Shown here piece after piece: positions 1 to 13,540 of a DNA stretch of 64,000 bases. This stretch comes from Azolla caroliniana (Eukaryota; Plantae; Polypodiophyta). How positions within the stretch are numbered: the first letter of the stretch is position 1; each line of letters begins with the position of its first letter. The position numbers were made by a program, and so were the translations under genes. The stretch covers positions 11,160,001 through 11,224,000 of the forward strand of contig JBHGNT010000003.1 in assembly GCA_043228905.1 (NCBI GenBank), in the 5' to 3' direction. The notes under the pieces are model-generated. The model was not told the origin of the DNA and did no database searches. It was given only the letters and a program-made list of their open reading frames with translations.

Positions 1-385
1 TCTATTGAGCGGATGGGCTCAACCGGATCCGGATCGGCTGAATAAGCCAAAGCCGGATCAGTATTCGGAACATAGAACTGGATAGGTATCTGGATCGGTA
101 TCCACAACCAAGAGCTAGATCGGAGAGACGGATCGGATTGTAACCGATAGTCCGTTAGAGCATTGAAGTACATGTCAGTCCTTTTAAGGACTTGTATAGA
201 AGTGCTCACTGAGCACATTGTATGTACATAGTGTTGTTATTTTGAATTCAGTTGATGTTATTCCGCTCTCTCTGTCTCTCCTATGTATTCTCTGCTCTGA
301 AGTTTCCATTAAACTTGTGCTTATTCTCTGTTGCTATCTGGTGAAGCCGGTTTCATCTATAAGCTTCCGCACGCATTTCTTTACA

Positions 386-399
386 TGGTATCACAGAGC
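386..399 (+). promoter_or_regulatory. Primer binding site (tRNA-iMet type) of copia A
   Basis: TGGTATCAcaGAGC directly after the LTR end: canonical TGGTATCAGAGC with a 2-nt insertion. Confidence 0.85.
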
Positions 400-496
400 G
401 AGGGTTGAGAACCTCTACTGGCGACAACTGCTCGAAACAAACAAACCCTAATCGCCGGTAATGAACAGAAGAAAGAAGAAAGATATGGACAGAAGC

Positions 497-848
497 ATGG
501 CGAGCTCGCTTCCTACAGAAAAGCTTGACTAGAGCAACTATGTGTCCTGGTCATATAAAATGCACCAGTACCTGCTAGGGCACGGATACTGGAGTTACGT
601 GGAAGGAGCAAATGTAGCATCGCCGGATTCGGCACACAAGTACTTCCCGGCATGGGAGCGAGGAGCGAGCAGAGTATTGTACTACCTCGCATCTTGTGTG
701 CAAGACCAAATGCTCAACTACATCAGGGATGCAAAAACGCTGAAAGAAGCTTGGGAGAATCTAAAAAAGATTTTCGCGGCAAGCACGATGGCCCGGAAGT
801 TGCAACTTCGACAAGAGCTCAACAACATCCGACAACGAGATATGTTAG
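497..848 (+). pseudogene. gag: copia gag N-terminal fragment (copy A), interrupted by copy C
   Basis: MASSLPTEKLD*SNYVSWSYKMHQYLLGHGYWSYVEG...ARKLQLRQEL, with an internal stop; ends abruptly at an inverted LTR at 849. Confidence 0.85.
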
Positions 849-1261
849 TGTAGAAGTTAATATGCGGAAGCTTATAACAAACCAGTTCAGCCAGATAGCA
901 ACAGAGAAAGTACAGGTTAATGGAAACCTTACAAGACACAGATAGAGGGTGGGAGAGAGAGACAGAGTAGAATAGCATAAACTATATTCAAAAAAATAAA
1001 ACTCTGTGCATAGGATGTGCTCAGTGATCACTCTTTATACAAGTCCACAAGGGACTGATAGAAGTACTATTTACTTCAATGCTCATATGAGCGGCTAACA
1101 CTAACTACGAGGACCATGACCACCTAGTAGTCTAGAAGCGTAGACCTCTAAACGGCCTACCGGTACACATGTGGGTCCGGCTCTCAAATCCAGCTCCCCG
1201 ATCCCGATCTGGATACGATCTGGCTCTAACTTATGCAGCCGATCCGGATCCAGTTGAGCTT

Positions 1262-4200
1262 TGTAAAAACAAATAGCGTGCGGAAGCAATAAGAAACAGA
1301 AAACAGAGAACGGGTTTAATGGAGAGCTTAACAATACGCGGGAGAGACAGAGAGAGAGAACAAGGATCTCTATTCAAAAATTATATCAATGCTCTATACA
1401 TCATATGTGTTCAGCGAACACTTTTATACAAGTCCATACAAATTGATAGAAGTACGGTGTACTTCCATGCTCACTTGAGCGTTTGACACTAACTACGAGA
1501 GTAATAACTCCCTAGTAGTCTAGTTGCTATTGGGCTTCCGGTTACTTATGGATCCGACCAACCGGCTCCCCAACTCACCGGCTCTTTTGCTCACCGGGTG
1601 CTCGCCGACTCACCGATCCGTCTCGCTCACCAGCTCAAGCTTATCCAGCCGATCCAGCTCCAATTGAGCTTGCCGCTCAACACTCCCCCTCAAGCTCAAC
1701 TTGAGGTCCGGTCGTAGTGTCAATGTCTGTGGCAACCGGTCCTTCTGCTCGGCTCCTTCTGGCGTCATTGTGCCTTGCTCGCGCTCCTCGTCCGGTCCGG
1801 TTCTGTTTGCCGCAACGCCTCTTGTTCTGCGCACCTCGGTCGGCTTGTCTGTTCAACATGCCCAATTCAGCTCCCTCGCTGTTGTGACTTCAGCGCGTGC
1901 CGGTTTGCCGATTCCTTCGTGTTGGCGTCGACTTTCGCTACCTTCTCGTCCTCTTGGCCTTGAATTGATCCGGTTCTTCCGAATCTGTTTGTCGAATCGA
2001 ATCAACTGTCTCTGATTCGTTCCAGCTCTTGTCCAAATCGGTTGCTCCCGATTCATCTTCTGGTTCCAGGCCCTTCACCACATCGGACCATGTCCGGGTC
2101 TTGGCCTTCTTCTTCCGGTCGGATCTGTCCTTTTTGATTCTGCCGCCGCTGCCGCTTGTTCCGACTTGTTCGGATGTGTCAACTTCCTTTGTCGACTCGG
2201 CTCCTTTCTTCTTCATGACTCTTCCTTCGTCGGTTCTTCCCTCGCCGGCGCAATCGGCAGTCTCTTTGCCTTTGCCCGTTCCGGTGTCTTTGCCCATTCT
2301 CCCCCTCAAGTGTGGCACGTCGAGATGCTGAACACCAAGCATTTTGGTGAAGTGTTGCAACTTGTCCGATCCGAGTGGTTTGGTGAAGATGTCGGCAACT
2401 TGCCGATCCGTGTGAACATACCGAAGTTCGACCTCACCGCTTAGGACACGCTCACGCACGAAGTGATAATGCACTTCTATGTGCTTTGTGCAAGCATGGA
2501 ATACGGGATTCTTGGCGAGCTGCATGTTGCTTATGTTGTCGCAGTAGATCAGAATCGGGGTCGGTACCTCGATCCGGAGGTCTTGCAACAGTCGCCGAAG
2601 CCAAATGGCTTCACAGGTGGCAATGGTAGCGCCCCAATACTCAGCCTCAATGCTTGACGGAGCAACTGTTGGCTACTTTTTGCTGCTCCACGCAACAACC
2701 ACGCTACCTAGGGAAAACATGTAACCGGAGGTTGATCGGCGATCTGAGGCATCACCGGCCTAGTTGGCATCTGTGTAACCGACCAGCACTTCGATTATAC
2801 CGCGCCGGTATAACAAGCCCCAGTCCTTCGTGCTGCTCACATACCGCAGTATTCGGTGCGCGCACTGAAGATGCTCTACGGTCGGCTTTTGCATGAATTG
2901 GCTAATCACACCGACCGGATAGCTGATGTCGGGTCGGGTGATTGTCAAATATATAAGGCTTCCGACAATTTGTCGAAACCGTTTCTCATCACAGACCGGT
3001 CCGGAGTCGGGACAGAGCTTCTGGTTCCGGTCTAGAGGAGTAGAGATACGTCGGCATTCCATCATGCCGAAGTTGTACAACATATTCAACACATAGTGCC
3101 TTTGTGAGAGCAATATGTCGTCGGGGGTTCGGATCACTTTGATCCCAAGGAAATAGTGAAGGTCCCCCAGGTCCTTCATCTCAAACGCCTCCGACAACTG
3201 GGACTTGACTTGGCTGATTTCACCGAGTCCGGGTCTGGTGATGACCAGATCATCAACGTACAACAAGATGCAAACCGGACCGTCCGGACCTTGCCGGATG
3301 AACAACGAAGAGTCAGACTTGGAGGCCGCAAACCCTATCTTACGCAACCAATGCGTGATCTTCGCATTCCAAGCTTGGGGGGCTTGCTTCAGGCCATAAA
3401 GTGACTTCTTCAGCCGGCATACCGCCGACTTGTTCATCTCCATCTGGAAACCGGGGGGTTGTATCATAAAGACCTCTTCTTCAAGATCTCCTTGAAGAAA
3501 TGCATTCTTCACATCCATCTGGTGAAGATGCCACCCCCTTGCCGTAGCAACCGCCAATACCACACGAACCGTCGTCATCTTCGCTACTGGAGCGAAGGTC
3601 TCGTCATAGTCGATTCCGTGGGTCTGTGCGTATCCCTTCGCTACTAACCGGGCCTTGTACCGATTAACTGAACCGTCAGCGTTGTACTTTACCTTGTACA
3701 CCCACTTGCATCCGATCAGTTTACTGTGACGGGGAGGGTCAACTAGGTCCCATGTGTCGTTGGCATCAAGTGCCCGCATCTCTTCTTCCATAGCGGCATG
3801 CCAATGTGCGTCCTTTGCCGCTTCAGCGTAGCTCTCCGGCTCACGCACTTCTGCCACCTTGGTCATGTACACATAGTGATGCGCCATGTACTCATTGTAC
3901 CCGTACTGCTTAACAGGTTTCTTCTGGCGGGTTGACCGGCGTAACCCACCGTTACCCGGTTTGAGGCCCTTCTTGGCCGGTTCGGTCTTTGGTGCCGAAG
4001 AACCGTCATTTTCCTTTCCGGAGTCGGATCCGCTCGGATCTGACTCATCATTACTGGTTTCATCATCCGACATCTTCTTCTTCCCCTTCTCTTTACGCGT
4101 GAACTGTCTCCTTGGTTCCTTGCGTGGGGAGAGCACGACAAAGTCTTCACTACTCGCCGGTTCTTCTTCTGACTGGTCAGATTGACCCAGTCTCTCGTTC

Positions 4201-6784
4201 GGCCCACTCAACCGAAACGATTCCAGACTCTCTTCTTGAGTCTCGGAGTCATCATCTTCTATCTGGACCGGTTCAGACTCACTAGCCTCATCCTCTTGTA
4301 TCGGGTCGGGGTCAGAAGTCAGAGTTGGTAAGGTATCACATGATGCCGTCTCATCAAACTCAACATCGCAGCTAACTCGGACCTACTTCGTCCGGGGGTT
4401 ATAACACTTATACCCCTTTTGCTCATGTGAGTAGCTGACGAGGATGCACTTCTCCGATTTTGCAGCCCGCTTCCTCCACTTCTCATCCGGCACATGCACA
4501 TATGCTATGTTGCCAAAAATCCGAAGGTGTCTCAAATTCGGCTTGCGCCCGAATTACAGCTCATGCGCGGACACCTTGTCACCGATCTGGTTTTGGATGT
4601 AGACGGCCATCTGGACCACCTCCGCCCAGTAGAAATGGGGCATGCTCTTCTCTTCCAGCATTGCCCTTGCCGCGTCGACAAGCGACTGATTCTTCCTTTC
4701 GGCCACACCGTTTTGCTCCGGTGTGTATCTGCAGCTGAACTCTCTCCGAATTCCTGTTTGCTGCAAATAACTGTTGAATTGGCCGGAAAAATATTCTTTT
4801 CCACCATCTGACCGCAGGCACTTGATCTTCCTCTCTGATTCTCGTTCCACCATGCTCTAGAGGTTCCAGAAACAATCGAAGACTTTGCTCTTCTGCTCAA
4901 TGAGGTAGATCCATGTGTGTCGGCTATAGTCGTCGATGAAGGAGACGAAGTATCGACTCCCGCCAAGACTCACGTTCTGTGTTGGTCCCCATACATCCGA
5001 ATGAATAAGGTCGAGCTTGTTACGGCTACGATTTTGTTCGGCGGGGAATGGAAGCCGGTGTTGCTTCCCAAGTTGGCAGGCTTCGCATACTTGGGCCTTC
5101 CGGCCACTGAACTTCGGCAAACCAAAAACAACTTGTTTCGTCTGCAGGTCTTGAAGCCTTCGGTAATTGACGTGGCCGATCCGGTTGTGCCACAGGTCGA
5201 TGTCCAATTTGACCTTCTGTCCTTTGGCAAACAAGGTTGTGCCGACGTCATTGGTGTCGAGGATGAATATCCTCCCATCTCTGCCCCCTTGCGCGATAAT
5301 CTGGCCCTCTTCCTCGTTGAAGCACCCGAGGTGTGTAAACCGCACCTGCATTCCCTGGTCGACGATCTGTCCGACCGACACCAGGTTCTTCGTGATAGTC
5401 GGAACATGTAATACGTTCATCAGCTTCCCCCTCTGTCCGACGTGGCTCAGGGGAACTTCTCCAACATGCACGATTGGGTGAGGAGTGTCATCTCCGGTTT
5501 CGACAACTCCCGGTTGTTCTGGTTTCTCCAAGAAGGAGAACCACTCTTTGTAGCTCATCAACGTACCGGAATCAACGTACCACACTTCCTCCAATTTGGA
5601 AGTGATCTTCTTCTGCCTCGTCCACCACGCCCACGGGGCTGATCCGCCTCCGTGTACAACATCCGACTGTCGGTGGGTGCATTTGTTGACGCACTGGTGT
5701 GGTTCTCCTCTACAAGGAGCATGGATTGTAAGTCGAAAAATGATGGCGTATTCTCCCTCGTACATACTGCTGTCCGGAAAGCTCGGAACTTAGACGCCAG
5801 GCCCCCAAGACAGACCTATACCATCTCGTCTTCCTCTACAGTAACATTGATAGAGGCAAGAGAGTCACAGATCTCTTTGATTCGGGTCGTGTAATCAGCC
5901 ACCGACATGTCCTTCTGTCAGACATTGCTCAACTCTTGTCGGAGTTGCAGCTTCCGGGCTGTGGTGCTTGCGGCGAACACCTTCTTCAGGTTTCCCCAAG
6001 CCTCTTTCGGCGTCTTGGCATCTCAGACGTGGCTCAGCAGCTGGTCTCCGACACTAGACGCAAAGCAGTACATCACTCTGCTTGCCGATTGTTCCCACAC
6101 CGGGAAGTCCTTGTGTGCCACATCAGGTGTTGTGTCGTTAGCTCCGTCGATATAGCTCCAGTAACCATGCCCAAGCAGGTACTGGTGCATCTTGTATGAC
6201 TAAGATGCATAGTTGGATCTGTCGAGCTTCTCCACCGGAAGCGAGCTAGCCATTCCTCTATCCATTGTTTTTTTTTTCTTCTGTTCTTTACAAAGGTTAG
6301 GTTTTCTTCTTGCGAAAGCGAATATCGGCTGCAAAGGTTCTCAACCCTCGCGCTCTGATACCATGTAAAATCGAATAGCGTGCGGAAGCAATAAGAAACA
6401 GAAAATAGAGAACAGGTTTAATGGAGAGCTTAACAGTACGCGGGAGAGACAGAGAGAGAGAACAAGAATCTCTATTCAAAAATTATATCAATGCTCTGTA
6501 CATCGTATGTGTTCCGCGAACACTTTTATACAAGTCCATACGGACTGACAGAAGTACGGTGTACTTCCATGCTCACTCGAGCGTCTGACACTAACTACGA
6601 GAGTAATAACTCCCTAGTAGTCTAGCTGCTACTAGGCTTCCAATTACTGATGGATCCGGCTAACTGGCTCCCCAACTCACCGGCTCTTTTGCTCACCGGG
6701 TGCTCACCGGCTCACCGATCCGTCTCACTCACCGGCTCAGGCTTATCCAGCCGATCCAGCTCCAATTGAGCTTGTTGCTCAACA
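1262..6784 (-). mobile_element. Full-length Ty1/copia copy B
   Basis: LTRs 1262-1682 and 6364-6784 (421 bp each, TG..CA, several substitutions). PBS GCTCTGATACCA 6352-6363, PPT 1683-1694. TSD AGCTT at 1257-1261 and 6785-6789. Confidence 0.95.
1938..6253 (-). pseudogene. gag-pol: copia gag-pol polyprotein (gag, protease, GAG-pre-integrase, integrase, RT, RNase H) with frameshifts and stops
   Basis: ORF pieces contain WYVDSG (PR), HSDVWGP/FIDDYSR/RSDGGKEY (IN), [14 protein letters not shown] (RT) and KHIEVHYHFVRE/ADIFTK (RNase H), in copia domain order. Confidence 0.95.
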
Positions 6785-8549
6785 AGCTTGCTCGTTCAAC
6801 ACTCCCCCTCAAGCCCAACTTGAGGTCGGATCATGGTGTTAGTGTTTGGGGCAACCAGTTCTTTCATCTAACTCCTTCTGGCGTCCTCCCACCTCGCCTA
6901 CACTCCTCGTCCGGTCCAGTTCCTCCTTCCGCGACCCATCCGGTTCTGTGCTCCTCAACCTCCTCGGTCAGTTTGTTTGCCCAACAAGCCCATCTTAGCT
7001 CCTTCGCTGCTACGACTCCGGCGCCATCTTCGATGCCCTCTAGTTCTCTTGGCCTTCAACATATTCGGCCTTCTTCTTCCAGTTAGCTCTTTCTCTCTTG
7101 ACTCCACTACCGTCGCCGCTCTCTCCGACTTGTCCAGATGTGCCGACTCCTTCGGTCGACTCAGCTTCCTTTTTCTTCTTGTCTCCCCCTATCTTGGTTC
7201 TCTCTTTCTCTCCGGCTCCTTGTCTGGTGCCATTACATATCTCCATTCTCCCTCTCAAGTGCAACACGTCGAGATGTTGGAGACCGAGCATCTCCAAGAA
7301 GTGTTGCAACTTGTTCGATCCGAGCAGCTTGATGAAGATGTCGGCAATCTATGTGCTTCTATGTGCTTCTATGTGATAATGTACTTCTATGTGCTTTGTC
7401 CAAGCATGAAATATGGGGTTCTTAGCAAGTTGTATGTTGCTTACGTTGTCACAATAGATCAGGATCGGGGTCGGTAACTCGATCTAGAGGTCTTGCAGCA
7501 ACCACTGAAGACATATAGCTTCACAGGTAGCAATCTTGCTGGTCCGTCCGACTTAGTCGCTCATTTGGCTCACTTAGCCGAAACGAGATTGAACTCTCAT
7601 GTAGAGTGTCGAACCCTTCTTCATCTTCTGCCCAGATCGTTTTGGGTTCACTAGCCGCATCCTCCAGAATCGAGTCAGAGTCGGACATCGGAGCCGGTAG
7701 AGAGTACCATGATGCCGACTCATCAAATTCCGGTGGCCTTTCTTGCCATAGTACCAACATTCCGTATCGGTTTTCCCTTGCTAGTTTCTGGCACCGCCTT
7801 GACTCCCCCTGCTAGTGGAGGGTTTGGAGCTACTATCGGCACTATCTCTGTGCCTCTGGTTCTGCTCTTGTCAGCCGCCTGCATTGCGTGCCGATCCACC
7901 TCGTCCTCCACGCCCACGGGGCCGATCCGCCAGGTGAGAATAGCATTTGGTTGTTCGATTGAGTGGTTCTTGACCCACTCGCGTGGTTTTCTTCGACCAT
8001 GAGCATTGATTGCAAGTCGAAGAAGGATGGTGGTTTCTCCCAGGTGAGAATAGCGGTCCGGATGGGCCCGTACCTTTGAGCCAGACCACCGAGGCAAATT
8101 TGCACCATTTTGTCCTCGTCTATCGTGACATCAATGGACCCTAATGCGTCACAAATCTCCTTTATCTTCGCGGTGTAGTCTAAAATTGACATATCCTTTT
8201 GTCGGATATTGTTTAGTTCTTGCCATAGTTGTAGCTTCCGAGCCATTGTACTTGCCGTTGTACTTTCAAATTTTCCCAGGCCTATTTCGGCATCTTAGCA
8301 TCTCTAAGGTAACCGATCATCTGGTTGTGCACGGAGGACGCAAGGCAGTACAGAACTCCGCTTGCTCCTTGTTCCCATGCCGGGAACTCCTTTTTTGACG
8401 ACTCCGACGCTATTTCATTTGACCCCTCAACATAACTCTAATATCCATGTCCGAGCATATACTAGTGCATCTTGTACAACCAAGATGCATAATTGTGTCT
8501 ATCAAGCTTCTCTGTCGGAATCGAACTTGCCATACCTCTATCCACACAG

Positions 8550-8735
8550 TAATAATAACAAGTACACTACCAAAGTGATTGCCCTAAGTCATATTTATAC
8601 TTATATGACTTTAGGGCTATTTACAAATATGGCCATAACAACCACACTAGAAACATATTTACAGATATGTCCCTAGATCCAGTTCACACCGGATCCATCC
8701 GATCTGTCTCATCTGGAGGGACCGAATTCCCAACA
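8550..8735 (-). mobile_element. Truncated LTR fragment of a second copia family (related to the LTRs at 53126 and 49927-50427)
   Basis: CCCTAAGTCATATTTATAC...GGGCTATTTACAAATAT...GGAGGGACCGAATTCCCAACA matches the reverse complement of the 5' part of the 53126 LTR. Confidence 0.8.
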
Positions 8736-10986
8736 GGTACTCTCTACCGACTTCGACTCCCAACTCTAACCCGATTCTTAAGGATGAGGCTAGTGAGTCC
8801 AACATGATCCGGACAGAAGAGGAAGAGGAGTTTGGTACTCTAGATGCAAGTCTGATCTCATTTTGGCTAAGCGGGCCGCATGAAGAGCGACTAAGTCGGA
8901 ACGACCAATCAGATGAAGAGCCAACGGGGAGTGGAGACTTAGTTGTGCTCTCCCCGCGCAAGGAACCCGAGATAGTTCATGCGTAAAAAGAAGGGGAAGC
9001 AGAAGATGTCGAAATACGACACCGGCAGAGACGAGTCAAATCAGAGCGAATCTGACTTCGGACAAAACAAAGACGGACCTTCGAGAATGAAGTCCGAGTC
9101 GGCCAAGAGGGCCTTTGAAATCTGCTAACGAGAAGTTACGTCGGTCAACCCGCTTGAAGAACCCCGTCAAATGGGTATAATGAGTACTTGGCGCATCACT
9201 ATGCATACATATCGAAACTGGCCGAAGTGCGTGAGCCGGAGAGCTACGCAGAAGCGGGAAAGGATGCACAATGGCGTGCCGCTATGGAGGAAGAGATACG
9301 GGCACTGGATGCCGACAACACATGGGACTTGGTTGACCGTCCCCGATATTGCAAACCGATCGGTTGCAAGTGGGTGTACAAGGTAAAGTATAATGTTGAA
9401 GGTTCGGTCAACAAGTACAAGGCCCGGTTAGTGGCCAAAGGGTATGCACAGACCCACAGAATCGACTCCAACGAGACCTTCGCTCTAGTAGTGAAGATGA
9501 CGACGGTTCATGTGGTACTAGCGGTTGATGTAGCAAGGGGGTGGCATCTTCACCAAATGGATGTGAAGAATGCGTTTCTTCATGGTGATCTTGAAGAACA
9601 AGTCTACATGATCCAGCCCCCTGAATTGTAATTGGAGATGAACAAGTCGGTAGTATGCCGACTCAAGAAGTCGCTCTACGGCTTGAAGCAAGCCCCCCGA
9701 GCTTGGAATTCCAAGATCATGCACCGGTTGCATAAGATGGGGTTTACAGCCTCGAAGTTTGACTCTTCTCTGTTCATCCGGAAGGTTCGATATGTATCTT
9801 GCTATATGTGGATGATCTAGTCATCACCAAACCTGGACTCGCTGAAATCGATCAAGTGAAGTCCCAATTGTCGGATGCATTTGAAATGAAGGACTTGGGG
9901 GATCTTCATTATTTCCTCAGGATCAAAGTGATCCATACCCCCAACGCCATATTGTTCTCACAATGACACTATTTGTTGAATATGTGGTACAAGTTTGGCA
10001 TGAAAGATTGTCGACCAGTCTCCACACCCCTGGACCGGAACCTAAAGCTTTGTCCCGACTCTAGACCGACTTGCGATGAGAAACGGTTCCAAAAAATTGG
10101 TAGAAGCCTTATTTATTTAACGATCACCCAACTCGACATTAGCTATCTAGTCGGTGCGATCAGTCAATTCATGCAGAAGCCGACCATGGAACACCTTCAA
10201 TGTGTGCACTGAATTCTGAGGTATGCTAGCAGCACTAAGGACTGAGAACTGTTATACCGACATGATATAACCGAAAAGCTAGTCGGATATACGGATGCCA
10301 ACTGGGCCGGTAATGCGTCGGATCGTCAGTCCACTTCCGTTTTTTCTTTTCCCTTGTTAGTGCGACTGTTGTGTGGAGCAGCAAAAAGCAAACGACTATG
10401 GCTCTATCGAGCACGGAGGCTAAGTATAGGGGCGCTACCGTTGCCACCTATGAAGCGATATGGCTTCAGCGGCTACTGCAAGACCTCCGGATCAAAGTCC
10501 CGACTCCGAAACTAATTTACTATGACAACATGAGTAGTATGCAGCTGGCCAAGAACCCTGTGTTCCATGCTCAGACAAAGCACATAGAAGTGCATTGTCA
10601 AACTCTGCGGTGAAGTCAAACTCCGGTATGTTTAGACAAATCATCAAGTTGCCGACATATTCACCATGGCACTCGGAATCGACAAGTTGCAACATTTTTC
10701 GGAGATGCTTGGTCTTCGGCATCTTCACATGCTACACTTGAGGGGGAGAATCGGTACTGATACGGGGAGAACCGGAACTAGAACAAAAACCGGGAAAACA
10801 GGCAAAGGCATTGAACAAGTAGCCAGAGAGAAGGAAACAACTGAAGCAGGGGGACACAAGAAGGAAAAGGAAGTCAAGTCAACTGAAGAAGTCGGCACAT
10901 CCAATAAAGTTGGAACAAGTGGCGACGACGACAAAGTCAAGAAGGACAAAGCTGACCAAAGAAAGAAGGCCAAGACCCGAATGTGA
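8736..10986 (+). pseudogene. pol: copia pol remnant of copy A (post-integrase region, RT, RNase H)
   Basis: [43 protein letters not shown] and SSTEAKY..TKHIEVH, with many frameshifts. Confidence 0.9.
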
Positions 10987-11386
10987 TCCGACGTGGTGAA
11001 GGGCCTGAAGGTTGAAGACGAATTGGAAACAACCAATTCGGACAAGAGCTGGAACGAATCAGAGGCAGCCGATTCGGAAGGAGAGTTCGATTTGGAGTAG
11101 CCGAATCAACAGAAGGCCAAACGGACGAGGAGGCAATGAAAGTCAACACTTACACAGAGGAACCGACAGGTTGAGAAGCACCAAAGTTGCAATAGCAAAG
11201 GAGTTGAGATGGGTCTGTTGAGCAGACAAGTCAACTGAGAAGGTCGAGAGGTGTAGAGCCGGATGGGTTGTGGGAAGTGGAACCGGACGAGTAGAGGAGT
11301 GCGCGAGTAAGGCGAGAAGAAGCCGACTACAAATCTCGACAAACACTGACACAACGATCCGACCTCAAGTTGAGTTTAAGGGGGAG

Positions 11387-11833
11387 TGTTGAGCGGACAA
11401 GCTCAACCTGATCTGGATCGGCGAAATAAGCCAGAGCCAGATCAATATTCAGAATGGAGAACAGGATAGGTATCCGGAACCAAGAGCCGGATCAGAGAGA
11501 TGGATTGGATTGTAACTGATAGGCCGTTAGAGGCCCACGGTCCTAGCATAGTATGTAGGCATATTTCTTGGAGTTAGTGCTAGTCGCTCGTATGAGCATT
11601 GAAGTACATGTAAGTACTTCTGTTAGTCCTTTTAAGGACTTGTATAAAAGTGCTCACTAAGCACATTGTATGTACAAAGTGTTGTTATTTTGAATTCAGT
11701 TGATGTTATTCTGCTCTCTCTGTCTCTCTTATGTATTTTCTGTTCTGAAGTTTCCATTAAACCTATGCTTATTCTTTGTTGCTATCCGGTGAAGCTAGTT
11801 TCGTTTATAAGCTTCCACACGCAATTTTTTACA
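11387..11833 (+). repeat. 3' LTR of copia A
   Basis: TG..CA termini, follows the PPT, homologous to 3-385 and to the inverted LTRs of copies B and C. Confidence 0.9.
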
Positions 11834-13534
11834 TAGTCGTACATGTATTGGAAGATATTTTCATTGTCAATACATTTTGGTTCAATGGCTAGTCTTCAAC
11901 ATATTCTTGTAAATCATCCTCTCGTTCATAATTACAACATATTAATTCTTTGCGATTCCTTGATTGTTCAAAAAATTTGGGATTGTTTTTTATTGCGCAC
12001 TTTCTCTAATCAATCTCCAAATTACAAAATTTGGACCAAGGTGATCCAAGAACAACTACATGTTGATTGTTAATGATACTAAACGAAATGACATGTCAAA
12101 TCAACCAAAGCCACAAGACACATGTCAAATCACATGCCACTTCATCTAAAGGAATATCGCATGTAAGAAGGCGAAAGATTGTTGCATAAGCCAAGTTACA
12201 ATGATCTCCTTATCACAATCTTTCGCCTTTGTTTCTCTCATTCTCATACTATTTGTATCTTCAAAGCTTGCTTGAAGTTCCTTCACAAGACCATCAAAAG
12301 GTGTCTTCTTGTGTAACTATTGTTTAAACCATGTTATTGTGTGCCTGTAAACAAAGCCCCAACTCGACTTGCATTCGTCAGACATCAATTAGGAGGCATC
12401 TAAATAACTTGACTCACGTGGTTTAGATTAAATCCTCAAATTGAGATATAATGTCATTGGATTTCCTTGGTAGGTTGATCTTTAACTCCTCGAGACAGCT
12501 TTGTAGTCGCGAAGCTTGTTTGTCACAAATATATTAGAGCTACATTGAGTTTATGGGTTCAAACGGATAGCTTGTGACGTTGCGAATCCCCAAGCAACCT
12601 TTGGTTTGATTGTTCTAATGCCACAGAATTTGGTTATTTAGTTGAGGCAAAACACACATGAATGTAATCTTGCTTGCCAATAATAATCTCAACTGCAATA
12701 ACGAAGCTCGGTAAGATTCCCAAGAACAAATGAAGGTATTTTGATTGAAACTCTCAAGGGCTGAAGCCAAATGCAACAAACCTTTTTTTTTTATAGATAA
12801 GAAGAACAATAACGACAAGTTTAAGCCGAAGATTTATGTTGAATTAAGATCATTTAACACAAACATGCTCTACCTTGCCAACACAAATTGTGAATGCCAA
12901 GTTATAATAAGGAACATGGGTAACCTATTGGGACACCGACATCCAATCATATATTAGTTTATAATCAATAGTGTGTATAACCATTTGAGGCAACCATGTG
13001 ATCCCCCCCAAGTGTTATTCAACAATGGGAGATGTCGGTCGCACACATAGTATAGTGCATTTGCGCCATCCCACCGACCCAATATGCTAGAAAAGTTCTC
13101 TCTTCCATGGACTCGGGTTTAAGATGGTGAACTAACATGGAGATACCAAGGGATTCCTTGTAATGTAGGGCTATAGGCGGGTCATCGTCGTGGTGGTCGA
13201 CATCATCAAGAGAAACACTACAAGAGTTAAGACTGTAACAGAGTTGAGCCAGTGAAGGTTCTTTTTTATTATTAAAAGAAGAAGAAGAAGAAGGGAGAGA
13301 ATGAGAAATGTATGTATGTATGTATACATATTGCTTGTGTTTCTTTTGCCTTCTCAAAATGTATGTATGTATTTATTCTACTTTTTATATTACATTAATT
13401 AATTAAAATATATTCAATTATTAGTCGACTGTTAAGTTCTGTTCTGGTCTCTTCTATTCTATTCTTCTTTCATCTGTGTGTGTCTCTGTGTCTTCTCTTC
13501 ATCTCTCTCTCTCTTTCTCTCTCTCTCTCAATTT

Positions 13535-13540
13535 TATAAA
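13535..13540 (+). promoter_or_regulatory. Probable TATA box of the expansin gene, followed by a 5' UTR exon and a 5' UTR intron (~13685-14181)
   Basis: TATAAAT after a CT-rich tract. CAG|GTACC donor at 13685, pyrimidine-rich interval, CAG acceptors at 14181 and 14186 just upstream of ATG 14202. Confidence 0.55.

Larger units (their letters stand above)
849..8545 (-). mobile_element. Ty1/copia copy C (same family), internally deleted; its 3' LTR is split by copy B
   Basis: LTR 849-1261 resumes at 6790-6801, followed by the PPT (CTCCCCCTCAAG, 6802-6813). RNase H remnant ~7040-7520, gag remnant ~7840-8533. 5' LTR missing. Confidence 0.8.
3..11833 (+). mobile_element. Ty1/copia LTR retrotransposon (copy A), degenerate, host of nested copies B and C
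   Basis: 5' LTR 3-385 (TATTGAGCGG..TTTACA) is homologous to 3' LTR 11387-11833 (TGTTGAGCGG..TTTACA). PBS at 386, PPT AAGGGGGAG at 11378-11386. Right flank is TAGTC and bases 1-2 are TC, compatible with a TAGTC TSD cut by the window edge. Confidence 0.85.

Noticed and set aside
13216-13226. CACTACAAGA resembling a CACTA terminus
   Set aside because: No matching inverted end, subterminal repeats or TSD found.
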